Shown here piece after piece: positions 16,198-25,216 of a stretch of 33,511 nucleotides of DNA. Each line of letters opens with the position of its first letter. The stretch's first letter is position 1. The notes beneath the pieces were generated by a model. That model saw nothing but the letters and a program-made list of their open reading frames with translations. It had not been told where the DNA came from and did not search any database. The translations under genes and the position numbers were made by a program. Source of the DNA: a virus (taxonomy: Duplodnaviria > Caudoviricetes); the IMG/VR virus record IMGVR_UViG_3300033983_000111, positions 1-33,511 of that record. One strand, 5' to 3'.

Positions 16198-16507
16198 AGT
16201 TTTGGAGTTGACGTCTGGGCCAGTCACTCGCGAGCAGATACAGGCGCAATATAGATCCCTTGCGAAAAGCAGGCATCCAGATTGCGGGGGTAGCACGGAG
16301 GCTATGGCTGCCCTTAACGCGGCGCGTGCGGAGGCGTTGCGCGAAGTGAGCCGTAACATTGGGGCGCAACGATTGCCTTTGCGCGTCGACTATCAAGAGG
16401 CCTGGATTCGGTACCGGGCAGAACAGAAGGCCCAGGCAACACAGCAGGCCATGAATCAGCAACGGGCTTGGAACCTAAAGCAGGCTGCGGGGGGAAATTG
16501 TGCCTGA
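16184..16507 (+). CDS. J-domain (DnaJ-like) protein
   Basis: WREVLEL..EQIQAQYRSLAKSRHPDCGGSTEAMAALNAAR with an intact HPD motif. Confidence 0.88.
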   Translation: MAWREVLELTSGPVTREQIQAQYRSLAKSRHPDCGGSTEAMAALNAARAEALREVSRNIGAQRLPLRVDYQEAWIRYRAEQKAQATQQAMNQQRAWNLKQAAGGNCA

Positions 16508-18623
16508 GAAGAGCGAGAATGGTCAGCCTAACTCGGCCGCGGATGAAGCGCTGCTGAAGGAGCTGCGGGAGGACTTTGCCTATGCGAAGGCCTACTGGGC
16601 GGAAAACTACGAAGAGGCGGAGAAGGACATCGATTGTGTGCTCTGTATCCCGCCCGAGGATTTCCGCAACGACCGCGCGGGGCGGCCGTGCCTGTGGCCG
16701 GACGAGGTTTCGCAGTACGTCAACCAGACCAACAACAATCTGCGACAGACGAAGAGGGCTATCAAGGTATCGCCGCGCAGCGAGGATGCGAAGGATGAGG
16801 ATGCCGAACATCGGCAGGCTTACATCCAGGGCATTGAGTATGCCTCGAAGGCGCAGTCGATCTATGCAACAGCCTTTGAGAGCTGCGTGGAGTGCGGTTT
16901 TGGCTACTGGCGTGTGCATCTGGTAGTGACAGGGCCGAACGGCGAGCAGGAGCCGAGGATTCGCCGCATTCCGAACTGGGCCACGGTGCTGCCGGATCCG
17001 GATGCGCGGGAGTCGGATTTCTCTGATTCGAATTTGTATTTTGTGACTGACTCGATGAGGCAGACGACCTTTGCGCAGCGCTATCCTGAGGCCAAGAAAC
17101 GGAGCTTTGATGGCGCGGACATTGAAAAGGCCCCCGGATGGCTGGAGGGAGACCACATCACGGTAGCTGAGTGGTGGAAGCGCGAAGAGAAGACAGACGG
17201 TGACGGCGTGAAGCACTACGAAGTGACGCAGCGCATCACTAACGGGCTGGAGATTCTGGAGACGAACAAGTGGATCGGGAGCTGGATCCCGATCATCGGA
17301 TGCTTTGGCCTGGAAAAGTACAAACGGGCTGGGGGAACATCGAAGCGGATCTTTCTCAGCCTGGTGCGACGCGCACGCGGATCGCAACAAATGCTGGCCT
17401 ACATTGCTTCGCAGGAGGCTGAGGAATTCGGCATGGCCCCGCGAGCGCCATTGCAGGGCTATAAGGGGCAGTTTGACTCCACACTGCACAAGCACCTGAA
17501 CAAGATTCCGCAGGCTTATGTGGAGTTTATGATTCCCGCGGACTGGGAGCCGCAATGGGGACCGCCACCACTGCCGACCCGGCCGCAGTTTGTGCCGAAC
17601 GCGCAGGCCTACGAGATCGCCTTCGAGCGCTGGCGGCGTTCGATTCAGGCATCCATGGGCGTAATGCCGCTGCCGACGGTTGCGCAGAACCAGAACCAGA
17701 AGTCGGGGATTGCGCTGACCAAGATCCAGAGCCAGGAATCCATTGGCAGCTTTCACTTCACAGACAACTTTGTGCGGGCGCTCACGAATACGGGCATCCA
17801 ACTGAACGAACTGATTACTGAGCTGGCGAAGCTCGATTCCCTGCCCGCCCAGGTGTTGGGCATCGATCAGAAGGGCCAGGATAAGGCAATCCATGTTGCG
17901 CCCCGAGTTGCGCCTGAAGCGCAACAGGGGTCCGGAGCTAGTGTCTCCTCTGTTCCCGATGGCGAGGGAGTGGGGGCAACCGCCGACTCGCAGCATTTGC
18001 CGGAAGCGGATCTCTTCTTTGCGCACCGTGGCGAGTTTGAGGTAGCGATTTCAGACGGTCCCAGCGATCTATCGCAGCGGGACGAAGTATCTGAATTTGT
18101 GGATACGCTACTGCAGACGCTACCCGCGCTGGGGCTGCCTCCGCAATTGATGCAGCAGATTATCGCGATCGCGATTCGCCTGAAGAACGTGGGCACGTAT
18201 GGGGATGAGATTGCCGATCTGCTGGCGCCGCCGAACGCGCAAGAGATTCCGCCGCAGGCGCGGGCGATGGTAATGCAGGCGCAGGGCCAATTGCAACAGG
18301 CCGTGGCTGAGATCCAGCAGCTCAAGCTGGAGAAGATGGGCAAGGTGATGGAGACCCAGGGCAAGATGGCCCTGGCCGACAAGGAGCAGGAAACCAAGAT
18401 GCTCGTTGCCGAGATCACCACGAAGGCGCAGAGCCTGAGCGAGCGCATGTCGGCTTTCGAAGACATGATGGCGCAGTGGCATAAGCAGGCGCACGAGTTG
18501 GCGATGCAGGGGCAGCAACAGCAGGCGGCTCAGCAGGCGCAACAGCAGGCACAACTGGCTCAGCAATCGGCTCCGGCGCAGCAGGTGCAGCCGGGAGCAG
18601 ACTCCACGCAGGTTTCACAGTAA
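16500..18623 (+). CDS. Portal protein, P22-like
   Basis: 707 aa after terL; GRPCL, IEYASKAQSIYATAFES..CGFGYWR, DPDARESDFSD, WIPII, SGIAL; Gln-rich coiled-coil C-terminus. Confidence 0.92.
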   Translation: MPEKSENGQPNSAADEALLKELREDFAYAKAYWAENYEEAEKDIDCVLCIPPEDFRNDRAGRPCLWPDEVSQYVNQTNNNLRQTKRAIKVSPRSEDAKDEDAEHRQAYIQGIEYASKAQSIYATAFESCVECGFGYWRVHLVVTGPNGEQEPRIRRIPNWATVLPDPDARESDFSDSNLYFVTDSMRQTTFAQRYPEAKKRSFDGADIEKAPGWLEGDHITVAEWWKREEKTDGDGVKHYEVTQRITNGLEILETNKWIGSWIPIIGCFGLEKYKRAGGTSKRIFLSLVRRARGSQQMLAYIASQEAEEFGMAPRAPLQGYKGQFDSTLHKHLNKIPQAYVEFMIPADWEPQWGPPPLPTRPQFVPNAQAYEIAFERWRRSIQASMGVMPLPTVAQNQNQKSGIALTKIQSQESIGSFHFTDNFVRALTNTGIQLNELITELAKLDSLPAQVLGIDQKGQDKAIHVAPRVAPEAQQGSGASVSSVPDGEGVGATADSQHLPEADLFFAHRGEFEVAISDGPSDLSQRDEVSEFVDTLLQTLPALGLPPQLMQQIIAIAIRLKNVGTYGDEIADLLAPPNAQEIPPQARAMVMQAQGQLQQAVAEIQQLKLEKMGKVMETQGKMALADKEQETKMLVAEITTKAQSLSERMSAFEDMMAQWHKQAHELAMQGQQQQAAQQAQQQAQLAQQSAPAQQVQPGADSTQVSQ

Positions 18624-18629
18624 GTAAAT

Positions 18630-18677
18630 TTCGCTGGCCCGGCGCAAGGGCAATTCGCAGGCCTGGCGTACGGGCAA
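18630..18677 (+). promoter_or_regulatory. Tandem 24-nt hairpin repeat in the scaffold-gene leader
   Basis: ttcgctggcccggcgcaagggcaa / ttcgcaggcctggcgtacgggcaa (20/24 identical) abutting RBS aagga. Confidence 0.65.
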
Positions 18678-18690
18678 AAAGGAACACATC

Positions 18691-19695
18691 ATGGCAGAAG
18701 AGACGGTAGTAGCGGAATCGTCCGCCGCAGCAACAGCAGAACCCAAGTTTACGCAGTATGACGGCTGGGACGAAGAGGGGACCCCGGTCGTGAGCAAAAA
18801 AGCAGAAACTCCCAAGCCGGAAAAGGCGGAGGCGGCGGCCGCTGACACGTCGAAAGAGACGAAATCCGAAGACGCGGCCGACTCGGCGGCCAAGAACAAG
18901 CAGGAGACACATCGCAAGCCTGGCGCGGAAGCCCGCATCCGGGAGCTAACTGCGCGCGCCAAGCAACTGGAGATGGAGCTGGAAGAGGCTCGGAAGCTGA
19001 AAGAGACGAAAGCGGACTCGTCGCCCGCACGGAAGACCGAGGCCAAACCAGTAGATCCGCCGCCAACGCGACCGAAGCCTACCCACGCAGACAAGGACGC
19101 AGAGGGAAAGCCCAAGTATGGATCGTATGAGGACTTTGTCGAAGACTTGGCTGACTGGAAGGCAGAGCAACGGCTGGCAGCACAGGCGCGCGAACAGCAG
19201 GTGACCCAGCAGCGGCAGGCGCTCGGCAAGCAGCTTGAGGAGGCGCGGGGACGTTACACGGATTTCGATTCGGTAACGAATCCGCTTATCCAGGAGATGT
19301 CGAAGCCGGGCATCTCGCGCGAAGTGCTTGCGGTGATCAACGATTCGCCTGTGTTGGCGGACCTTCTTTACACCATTGGCGGCACAGAGGCCAGCAAGGC
19401 TGATTTTCTGGAGGCCTGCCGTACCAACCCTGGAAAGGCGTTGCGCGTCGCCCTGCTGGTCGAGCAGGAGGTCGTGAAGGAGCTTGGCACGGCGAAGGCG
19501 GCGACAAAGAAGGCCGGCGATGGCGAAGCGGAGGCAACTCCTGCAGCTCTTAAACCCCGTGCGCCGAAACCTCCCGCGGAAGTGGGAGGACGAGGAGCGC
19601 CTGGAGAGGACGTTCTGATTTCGGCCGCAAAATCGGGCGATTTCCGCAGTTTTGAGGCGGAACAAACCCGGCGTGCACTGGCCTCACGAAGATAA
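18691..19695 (+). CDS. Scaffolding protein
   Basis: Between portal and coat; charged and helical; ARIRELTARAK, YEDFVEDLADWKAEQ, RAPKPPAEVGGR. Confidence 0.82.
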   Translation: MAEETVVAESSAAATAEPKFTQYDGWDEEGTPVVSKKAETPKPEKAEAAAADTSKETKSEDAADSAAKNKQETHRKPGAEARIRELTARAKQLEMELEEARKLKETKADSSPARKTEAKPVDPPPTRPKPTHADKDAEGKPKYGSYEDFVEDLADWKAEQRLAAQAREQQVTQQRQALGKQLEEARGRYTDFDSVTNPLIQEMSKPGISREVLAVINDSPVLADLLYTIGGTEASKADFLEACRTNPGKALRVALLVEQEVVKELGTAKAATKKAGDGEAEATPAALKPRAPKPPAEVGGRGAPGEDVLISAAKSGDFRSFEAEQTRRALASRR

Positions 19696-19712
19696 GGCCA
19701 AGGGAGTAAGCA

Positions 19713-20954
19713 GTGCCGAATAATTTTGCAACGACGAATTGGATCTCGATGAAGATCCTGTGGTTCTTGAAGAATTCCTGCGAGATCGCTTCGATGTTCA
19801 ACAGCGATTGGGAGTCGGAGTTCGGCAAGAGCTTTGCGGTGGGGTCTTCGGTCCAGATCAAGATGCCGCAGAGCTGGCTGGTAACGAGCGGCCTGGCTTA
19901 TCAGGAGCAGGGAATGTCGCGCCAGGTGACCACGGTCAACCTCGATACGACCCGCGGCATTCACTTTGGATGGGATTCCTACGAGCGCCTGGTGAAGATG
20001 GAACGCAGCGAGAAGGAGCTCGAAGAATCGTATCTCCGGCCCGCAGGGGCACAACTGTCGCAGCAGGTGGATTCGGATGCAGCCGCCTGGGCCGCGAACT
20101 GGACCAACAATGTGGTAGGCACGCTGGGTACGGATTCGACGACCATCGATTTCGCGCTGGCGGCCGAACAGGTGTTGTTCGCGCTCGCCTGCCCGCAGGA
20201 AGGCGAAAAGCATCTCTGCCTGAGCTCGAGTCTGAATCGGAGCTACGTGAAGAACAATGTCACGCAGTTCAATCCGGCTCCGGAGATCAGCAGGATGTTC
20301 CGCAAGGGCGTGATTGGCACGGCCGGCGGATGGGAGTGGTATCGCTCGAACTCGCTGGTGGCGCATACCTGCGGCACCGCGCCGACGGGTGGCGTGACGG
20401 TGGTGGGCGCAGGCCAATCTGGCGCGGCGCTGACGGTAATCGGCACAAACGGCCAGACGATCAACCCTGGCGACAAGTTCAGCATCGCGGCAGTGAATGC
20501 AGTGAACCCGCGGACTCGCGTCAAGTCTCCTCTGGGGCTGAAGCAGTTTGTCTACGCCGGCGGCGCTCCCTGGGTGCTGACGGGCGGAAACGACAATATC
20601 CCGATTTCGCCGGCGATCTTTGGGCCAGGCTCGCCGTACCAGAATGTGGATGCTCTGCCCGCGAATGCGGCAGCCTTCACTTTTTTCCCTGGCACTACGA
20701 CACCCTCAGGCCTGACCGGAACGATCAGCCTGGGGCTCTCGAAGTATGCGTTCGCCAAGGCGTTCGGCAAGTTCGAGAACCCGGAGAGCGTGGAGCGTGC
20801 AGAGATGGCGGTAGATCCTGAGACGGGCGCTTCGATCGCGTTTGTACGCGCCTGGGATCAGTTTAACCGCAAGATGACCAACCGCTTTGACATCTGCTAC
20901 GGATTCGGGAATTTGTATCCCGATAACGGAGCAGTTGCAGTGGCAGGAGCTTAA
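19713..20954 (+). CDS. Major capsid protein, P22 coat family
   Basis: MPNNFATTNWI..VGSSVQIKMP..YLRPAGAQL..GDKFSIAAVNAVNP..RFDICYGF; 413 aa after the scaffold. Confidence 0.93.
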   Translation: MPNNFATTNWISMKILWFLKNSCEIASMFNSDWESEFGKSFAVGSSVQIKMPQSWLVTSGLAYQEQGMSRQVTTVNLDTTRGIHFGWDSYERLVKMERSEKELEESYLRPAGAQLSQQVDSDAAAWAANWTNNVVGTLGTDSTTIDFALAAEQVLFALACPQEGEKHLCLSSSLNRSYVKNNVTQFNPAPEISRMFRKGVIGTAGGWEWYRSNSLVAHTCGTAPTGGVTVVGAGQSGAALTVIGTNGQTINPGDKFSIAAVNAVNPRTRVKSPLGLKQFVYAGGAPWVLTGGNDNIPISPAIFGPGSPYQNVDALPANAAAFTFFPGTTTPSGLTGTISLGLSKYAFAKAFGKFENPESVERAEMAVDPETGASIAFVRAWDQFNRKMTNRFDICYGFGNLYPDNGAVAVAGA

Positions 20955-20962
20955 TCAAACCC

Positions 20963-21010
20963 ATCTGTGACGGGCGCTTGGAGGATGAATTCCCAGGCGC
21001 CCTCACGGAT
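20963..21010 (+). terminator. Strong hairpin after the coat gene (attenuator or mRNA stabiliser; no U-tract)
   Basis: atctgtga-c-gggcgcttgg ... ccaggcgccc-tcacggat. Confidence 0.5.
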
Positions 21011-21034
21011 CACGGTAACGGGAGAGTAAGGACC

Positions 21035-22063
21035 ATGGAAACCTTGAAGAGATTTTCGCTGTTTCTCCTGGTTTGCGCCTTTGCCACGGCATTGCACGCG
21101 CAGACCATGCTGACCACTACCACGCTCACTTCGGCTGTTGGCAACACCGTTTCATCGGCGTTGACGACAGGCAACCTGGGCATGGTTGTGGTTGCCTCCG
21201 CCACCGGCATAAGCGCGCCGACGGCCAACAGTGGCAATGTGGCGGGATTGGCCACGTCCGGCGGATCCACTTATCTTTACGTCGATCGAGAGCTGATGCA
21301 GGTGGAGTCTGTGAGCGGCACCACGATCACAGTTATTCGCGGGGTAGGTTCGACCGCCGCTGCATCGCACGCTTCCGGAGCGCTGGTGTTTGTTGTTCCC
21401 GCTGCAGCCGCGGCCAATTGGGGGGTGCCCTTCGGCACCACGGACTGGGGACCGCAGGGAAGCTGCACGCGGGCGAATGAATTGTATTTGCCACGTATCG
21501 CTTTCACTTCGGGCAATATCTCCGATTGCCAGGGAGGCCAGTGGATGCAGGGCGATTCGGCCCAGACGACGCGGCCCGTATGGTACCGCGCTTACAGCCC
21601 GTCGCCAGGCGCGCAGGCCTCCAGTGCTGTGTTTGGCACCAACTCGACGCTCGTCCAGTACTCGACGTATTGCACCGAGATCGATGTGGGGTCGAGCAAG
21701 CTGCTGACTGGGCTGGCCCCGCACGTGGGAACAACCGGCGGCACAGACAAGTGGGTCGTCGGCCTCTATGACAATGGCGGCAACCTGCTGGTGGGTTCGG
21801 CGGCAGCTGGTGTGACGGTTGGATCCGCTTACGCGTGGCAGGCAACGGCTTTTACGGCGCCCTATTATGCGGTTGGACCGGCTCAGTATTACGGCTGCTT
21901 TACCACCAACGGGACAACGGCAACCGCTGATTTGGTCACAACTTCCAAGGGTGACTACGTGCTGACCCAGTCCAAGACCGGGACAGGTTTCGCACTTCCC
22001 GCATCCATTACGGTTCCGACCGGATTCACGAACGTCTCCGGCGCTTATCTGTACGCCTACTAA
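21035..22063 (+). CDS. Thr/Gly/Ser-rich beta-strand protein with a Sec signal peptide; putative capsid decoration or accessory protein
   Basis: AAGGA RBS; METLKRFSLFLLVCAFATALHA|QT; YVDRELMQV..TITVIRG..AASHASGALV; immediately after coat. Confidence 0.7.
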   Translation: METLKRFSLFLLVCAFATALHAQTMLTTTTLTSAVGNTVSSALTTGNLGMVVVASATGISAPTANSGNVAGLATSGGSTYLYVDRELMQVESVSGTTITVIRGVGSTAAASHASGALVFVVPAAAAANWGVPFGTTDWGPQGSCTRANELYLPRIAFTSGNISDCQGGQWMQGDSAQTTRPVWYRAYSPSPGAQASSAVFGTNSTLVQYSTYCTEIDVGSSKLLTGLAPHVGTTGGTDKWVVGLYDNGGNLLVGSAAAGVTVGSAYAWQATAFTAPYYAVGPAQYYGCFTTNGTTATADLVTTSKGDYVLTQSKTGTGFALPASITVPTGFTNVSGAYLYAY

Positions 22064-22070
22064 CTCTGAG

Positions 22071-22102
22071 CAGTGGTCAGTTGTCAGTGATCAGTGATTA
22101 GT
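22071..22102 (+). repeat. Heptamer tandem array, copy 6
   Basis: cagtggt-cagttgt-cagtgat-cagtgat-tagt. Confidence 0.88.
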
Positions 22103-22106
22103 CAAC

Positions 22107-22131
22107 CTGGGCGGCTCATCGAGCCGCCCAG
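22107..22131 (+). terminator. Perfect 11-bp GC-rich hairpin (no U-tract)
   Basis: ctgggcggctc-atc-gagccgcccag. Confidence 0.45.
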
Positions 22132-22153
22132 CACGTATTACGGAGCGTGAGCT

Positions 22154-22507
22154 ATGCCAACAACGATTGACGAAGAGAAGTTTGCGAGCCAGGAGACCCT
22201 GGATATGAGCAAGCCTCAGGGAACAGCCCAGGGATTGCCGGTGAAGCAGATCCCGCATCAAGAGTACCCGCGGTGCGTCTACAAGCATCCCGTGGAACCC
22301 TACTGCGAGGTGCTGCACCGCAACACTCGGCATGAGGTTGTGGATCGCGAGCTGGTGGCGACGGAACACCTGGTACACGTCTGCCAGCACGAACAGGAGT
22401 TCAAGAAGAAGCTGAGCGAGGGATGGGTTGCGGAGCCGTATATTCCAGTGGCTCCTCCCGATCCGACCGAGGCTCTTTACCGCAGAGAGGGAAAGGGCGG
22501 CAAGTAG
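22154..22507 (+). CDS. Hypothetical head-module protein
   Basis: GGAG RBS; HQEYPRCVYKH..LSEGW. Confidence 0.75.
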   Translation: MPTTIDEEKFASQETLDMSKPQGTAQGLPVKQIPHQEYPRCVYKHPVEPYCEVLHRNTRHEVVDRELVATEHLVHVCQHEQEFKKKLSEGWVAEPYIPVAPPDPTEALYRREGKGGK

Positions 22508-23284
22508 ATGGCTGTCGTCTTCAGCGGCTCGAGTGTGTCCGTTCTGGCCGCCGATTTGATTCAGTCGGCGGGCTATGAGATTGGCGCGTTTGCACCGGGC
22601 GAACTGGTGGAGGCGGACGAGGCCTTGTGGGCTCTCGAAGTGCTGCAGCGGATCATTGACCAGTGGAATGCGAAGCGGGCGATGATTTTCTCGATTGGAT
22701 TCGCCACCTATAACCTGGTGGCGAATCTCGCCCCGCATACGATTGGGCCCACGGGAACTTTCAGCACTGGACCCGCTGCCAACTATCGCCCTGTGCGCAT
22801 CGCGTCAGCCAGCTTTGTGCTGAATTCAGGCTCGATGAACGCCGTCGATCTTCCAGTGCAGATCCGCGACAAGGACTGGTGGGCGGCGAACCCGCTGAAG
22901 TCGATGACCTCGAGCATTATCACCGACCTCTACTATGATCCGGCGCAGCCCAACGGAAACCTGAATTTCTTTCCGATCTGCAACACGAACGGAGTGGTGC
23001 GGCTGGAGCAGTGGAATAGCCTCACGCAGGCGCTGACTTTGAAGACGGCTCTCGGCCTGGTGCAGGGCTACTGGGAAGCGCTGGTGACCACGCTGGCGCT
23101 GGCGCTGTGTCCTAGCTTTGAGAGGCAGCCTTCGCCCGTTCTTGTGGCGCGGCAGGCGGCGGCAATCAGAATCATCTTCGAGAATAACGATCCGGCTCCG
23201 CGCATCGACACGGCGAGCGGAATGCCGGGTACCGCGGGAATGGGCCGACCGGACTTCAACTTCCTGACGGGGATGAGGGAATAG
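22508..23284 (+). CDS. Head-tail adaptor (P22 gp4-like)
   Basis: AADLIQSAGYEIGAFAPGE..ALEVLQRIIDQWN..RPVRI..YYDP..GYWEAL..LALALCPSF. Confidence 0.8.
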   Translation: MAVVFSGSSVSVLAADLIQSAGYEIGAFAPGELVEADEALWALEVLQRIIDQWNAKRAMIFSIGFATYNLVANLAPHTIGPTGTFSTGPAANYRPVRIASASFVLNSGSMNAVDLPVQIRDKDWWAANPLKSMTSSIITDLYYDPAQPNGNLNFFPICNTNGVVRLEQWNSLTQALTLKTALGLVQGYWEALVTTLALALCPSFERQPSPVLVARQAAAIRIIFENNDPAPRIDTASGMPGTAGMGRPDFNFLTGMRE

Positions 23285-24871
23285 ATGCCGCGCTTTGGAT
23301 TTGTGGGCCCGACGTACACGTCGCAATCTGTGATAGCGGATAGCCAGCGGTGCATGAACTGGTATCCGGAATCGATTGAGAGCGGGCAGGGGAAGTCGCC
23401 ACTGGCGCTTTATCCCACGCCGGGGCTGAAGCTCTTTGCGACGATCGCGAATCCGGTGCGCGGCTGCCTTCCCTTTACTTCCGCGCTGGGCAACGGCGCC
23501 GGAGTTCAAGTTGCGGCATTTGTGGGGGCAGGCAATCTTTACCTGGTGAATGCCGCGGGGGCGGCATCGCTGATTGGGCAGGTTGGCAACGACTTCAAGC
23601 CGGTTTCGATGGCTGTGAACGGGAGCGCCGGAAATCAGCTCTGCATCTGCTCGGCGGGAAAGATCTACATATACAACCTGAGCGCCACGAAGCCCTGCGG
23701 CAGCATCCAGCTTGCTCCCAACACACTCAGCGGCACGATGGGCGGCTTGCAGGGGTTTGCGTCCAAGGTGGTGTTTTGCGACGGCTACTTTGTGGCCACG
23801 CTGGCGAACTCGAATATTTTTCAGGTCTCAGCGCTGGAAGATGGCACGAGCTGGAACCCGCTTTCTGTACAGCAAGTCTCGGTGTTTCCGGAGAATATCG
23901 GAGGGATGACCGCGGCCTACCGGCAGCTCTGGATCTTCGGCCAGGACGGCCACGCGCAGGTGTACTACAATAGCGGCGCGAATGCCTACACGCCCTTCGA
24001 TGTGATCGGCGCGGGCGGCGTGGGGTATATGGAAGAAGGGATCGACGCGCCCGACTCGCTGGCTGTGCTCGACAATGCGCCTTTCTGGATTGGCGGCAAT
24101 GCGAACGGAAGCGGAATCGCATGGCGCGCGAACGGCTACACGCCGCTTCGCGTTTCAAACCACGCAATCGAGTCTGCGTGGGCATCTTATCCAAAAAAAT
24201 GCAGCGACGCAGTCGGCTACAGTTATACGGACCAGGGGCACACGTTCTGGGTACTGCGCTTTCCGAGCGCGAACCAAGGCAACGGTGCGACCTGGGTGTA
24301 CGACACGGCCACGCAGATGTGGCATGAGCGCGGCTATTGGTCGCAAAAAGGCTTTACCGGCTATAGTGCGCATCTCTCAAGCTGCCACTGCTTCGCTTTC
24401 AACTCGCACCTGGTGGGCGACTGGAACAGCGGCAACATCTATACGATGGAGATCGGAAACCTGGACGACAACGGCCAGCCGATCCGGCGCTTTCGGCGCG
24501 CGCCGCATGTTTCGACGGAGCAGCAGCGTATTTACCATCATGAACTCGAGTTGGATATGGAAGTTGGAGATGGACCGATTCCAGCGCTCCTCGATGGGGT
24601 TGGGAATCCCCGCGATCCGCAGGTGATGCTGCGCTGGTCGGATGATGGTGGGCGCACCTGGGGAAACGAGCATTGGGTCGGAGCGGGACAGGCCGGCACC
24701 TATAAAACCCGCTTGCACTGGCACAGGCTCGGCAAGTCGCGTGATCGCGTGTATGAGGTTGCAGTAACCGATCCGATTGCATGGCGCATCGTGGAGGCCT
24801 ATCTGCGGGCAACGCCGGGCTTTGACCAGCCAACCGACCGGCTGAGCAAGATGTACGGGAAAATGAACTAG
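23285..24871 (+). CDS. Tail hub / packaged DNA stabilisation protein (P22 gp10-like)
   Basis: QRCMNWYPE, LYPTPGL, DGYFV, RVSNHAIE, YTDQGHTFWVL, TWVYD..WHER, PQVMLRWSDDGGRTW, RLGKSRDRVYEV. Confidence 0.9.
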   Translation: MPRFGFVGPTYTSQSVIADSQRCMNWYPESIESGQGKSPLALYPTPGLKLFATIANPVRGCLPFTSALGNGAGVQVAAFVGAGNLYLVNAAGAASLIGQVGNDFKPVSMAVNGSAGNQLCICSAGKIYIYNLSATKPCGSIQLAPNTLSGTMGGLQGFASKVVFCDGYFVATLANSNIFQVSALEDGTSWNPLSVQQVSVFPENIGGMTAAYRQLWIFGQDGHAQVYYNSGANAYTPFDVIGAGGVGYMEEGIDAPDSLAVLDNAPFWIGGNANGSGIAWRANGYTPLRVSNHAIESAWASYPKKCSDAVGYSYTDQGHTFWVLRFPSANQGNGATWVYDTATQMWHERGYWSQKGFTGYSAHLSSCHCFAFNSHLVGDWNSGNIYTMEIGNLDDNGQPIRRFRRAPHVSTEQQRIYHHELELDMEVGDGPIPALLDGVGNPRDPQVMLRWSDDGGRTWGNEHWVGAGQAGTYKTRLHWHRLGKSRDRVYEVAVTDPIAWRIVEAYLRATPGFDQPTDRLSKMYGKMN

Positions 24872-25216
24872 ATGGCGATCACGGCAAAACCCGTATTCGC
24901 GGCGATGAGCTACACGGATCCGAGGACGGGTGCGCTGACGGCCGGCGGCCAGCAGGCGCTGGCGCAGTGGGCGAACGCAATCAACTCGATCCCTATCTCG
25001 GTATCGGGCGAGCAGGTGAAGGGCGCGGGGAAGGCCTGGACTCTGGCCAACGTGCCAAGCGGCAACGTATCAGTGCTAGGGATCGGCGCAAACGGGCCGA
25101 CACCGCTGACGCTTGGCAAAGGAAATGCGTGGAACTTCAGCATCGACGGCGGCAACATTACCACTGAACAGGAATTTGAAGGAGTGACAGCATCCTATGA
25201 ATATGCGCAGAGTTAG
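24872..25216 (+). CDS. Small tail protein (needle/plug position)
   Basis: Abuts the gp10-like stop; TDPRTGALT N-terminal motif; short beta-rich C-terminus. Confidence 0.6.
   Translation: MAITAKPVFAAMSYTDPRTGALTAGGQQALAQWANAINSIPISVSGEQVKGAGKAWTLANVPSGNVSVLGIGANGPTPLTLGKGNAWNFSIDGGNITTEQEFEGVTASYEYAQS

Noticed and set aside
13401-18026. Long minus-strand ORFs (13401-14807, 16314-18026) and similar antisense ORFs elsewhere
   Set aside because: Antisense shadows of terL and portal; no RBS or domain signal
19739-20821. 360 aa alternative-frame ORF over the coat gene
   Set aside because: Arg/Gly-rich composition typical of a GC-rich shadow frame; no motif
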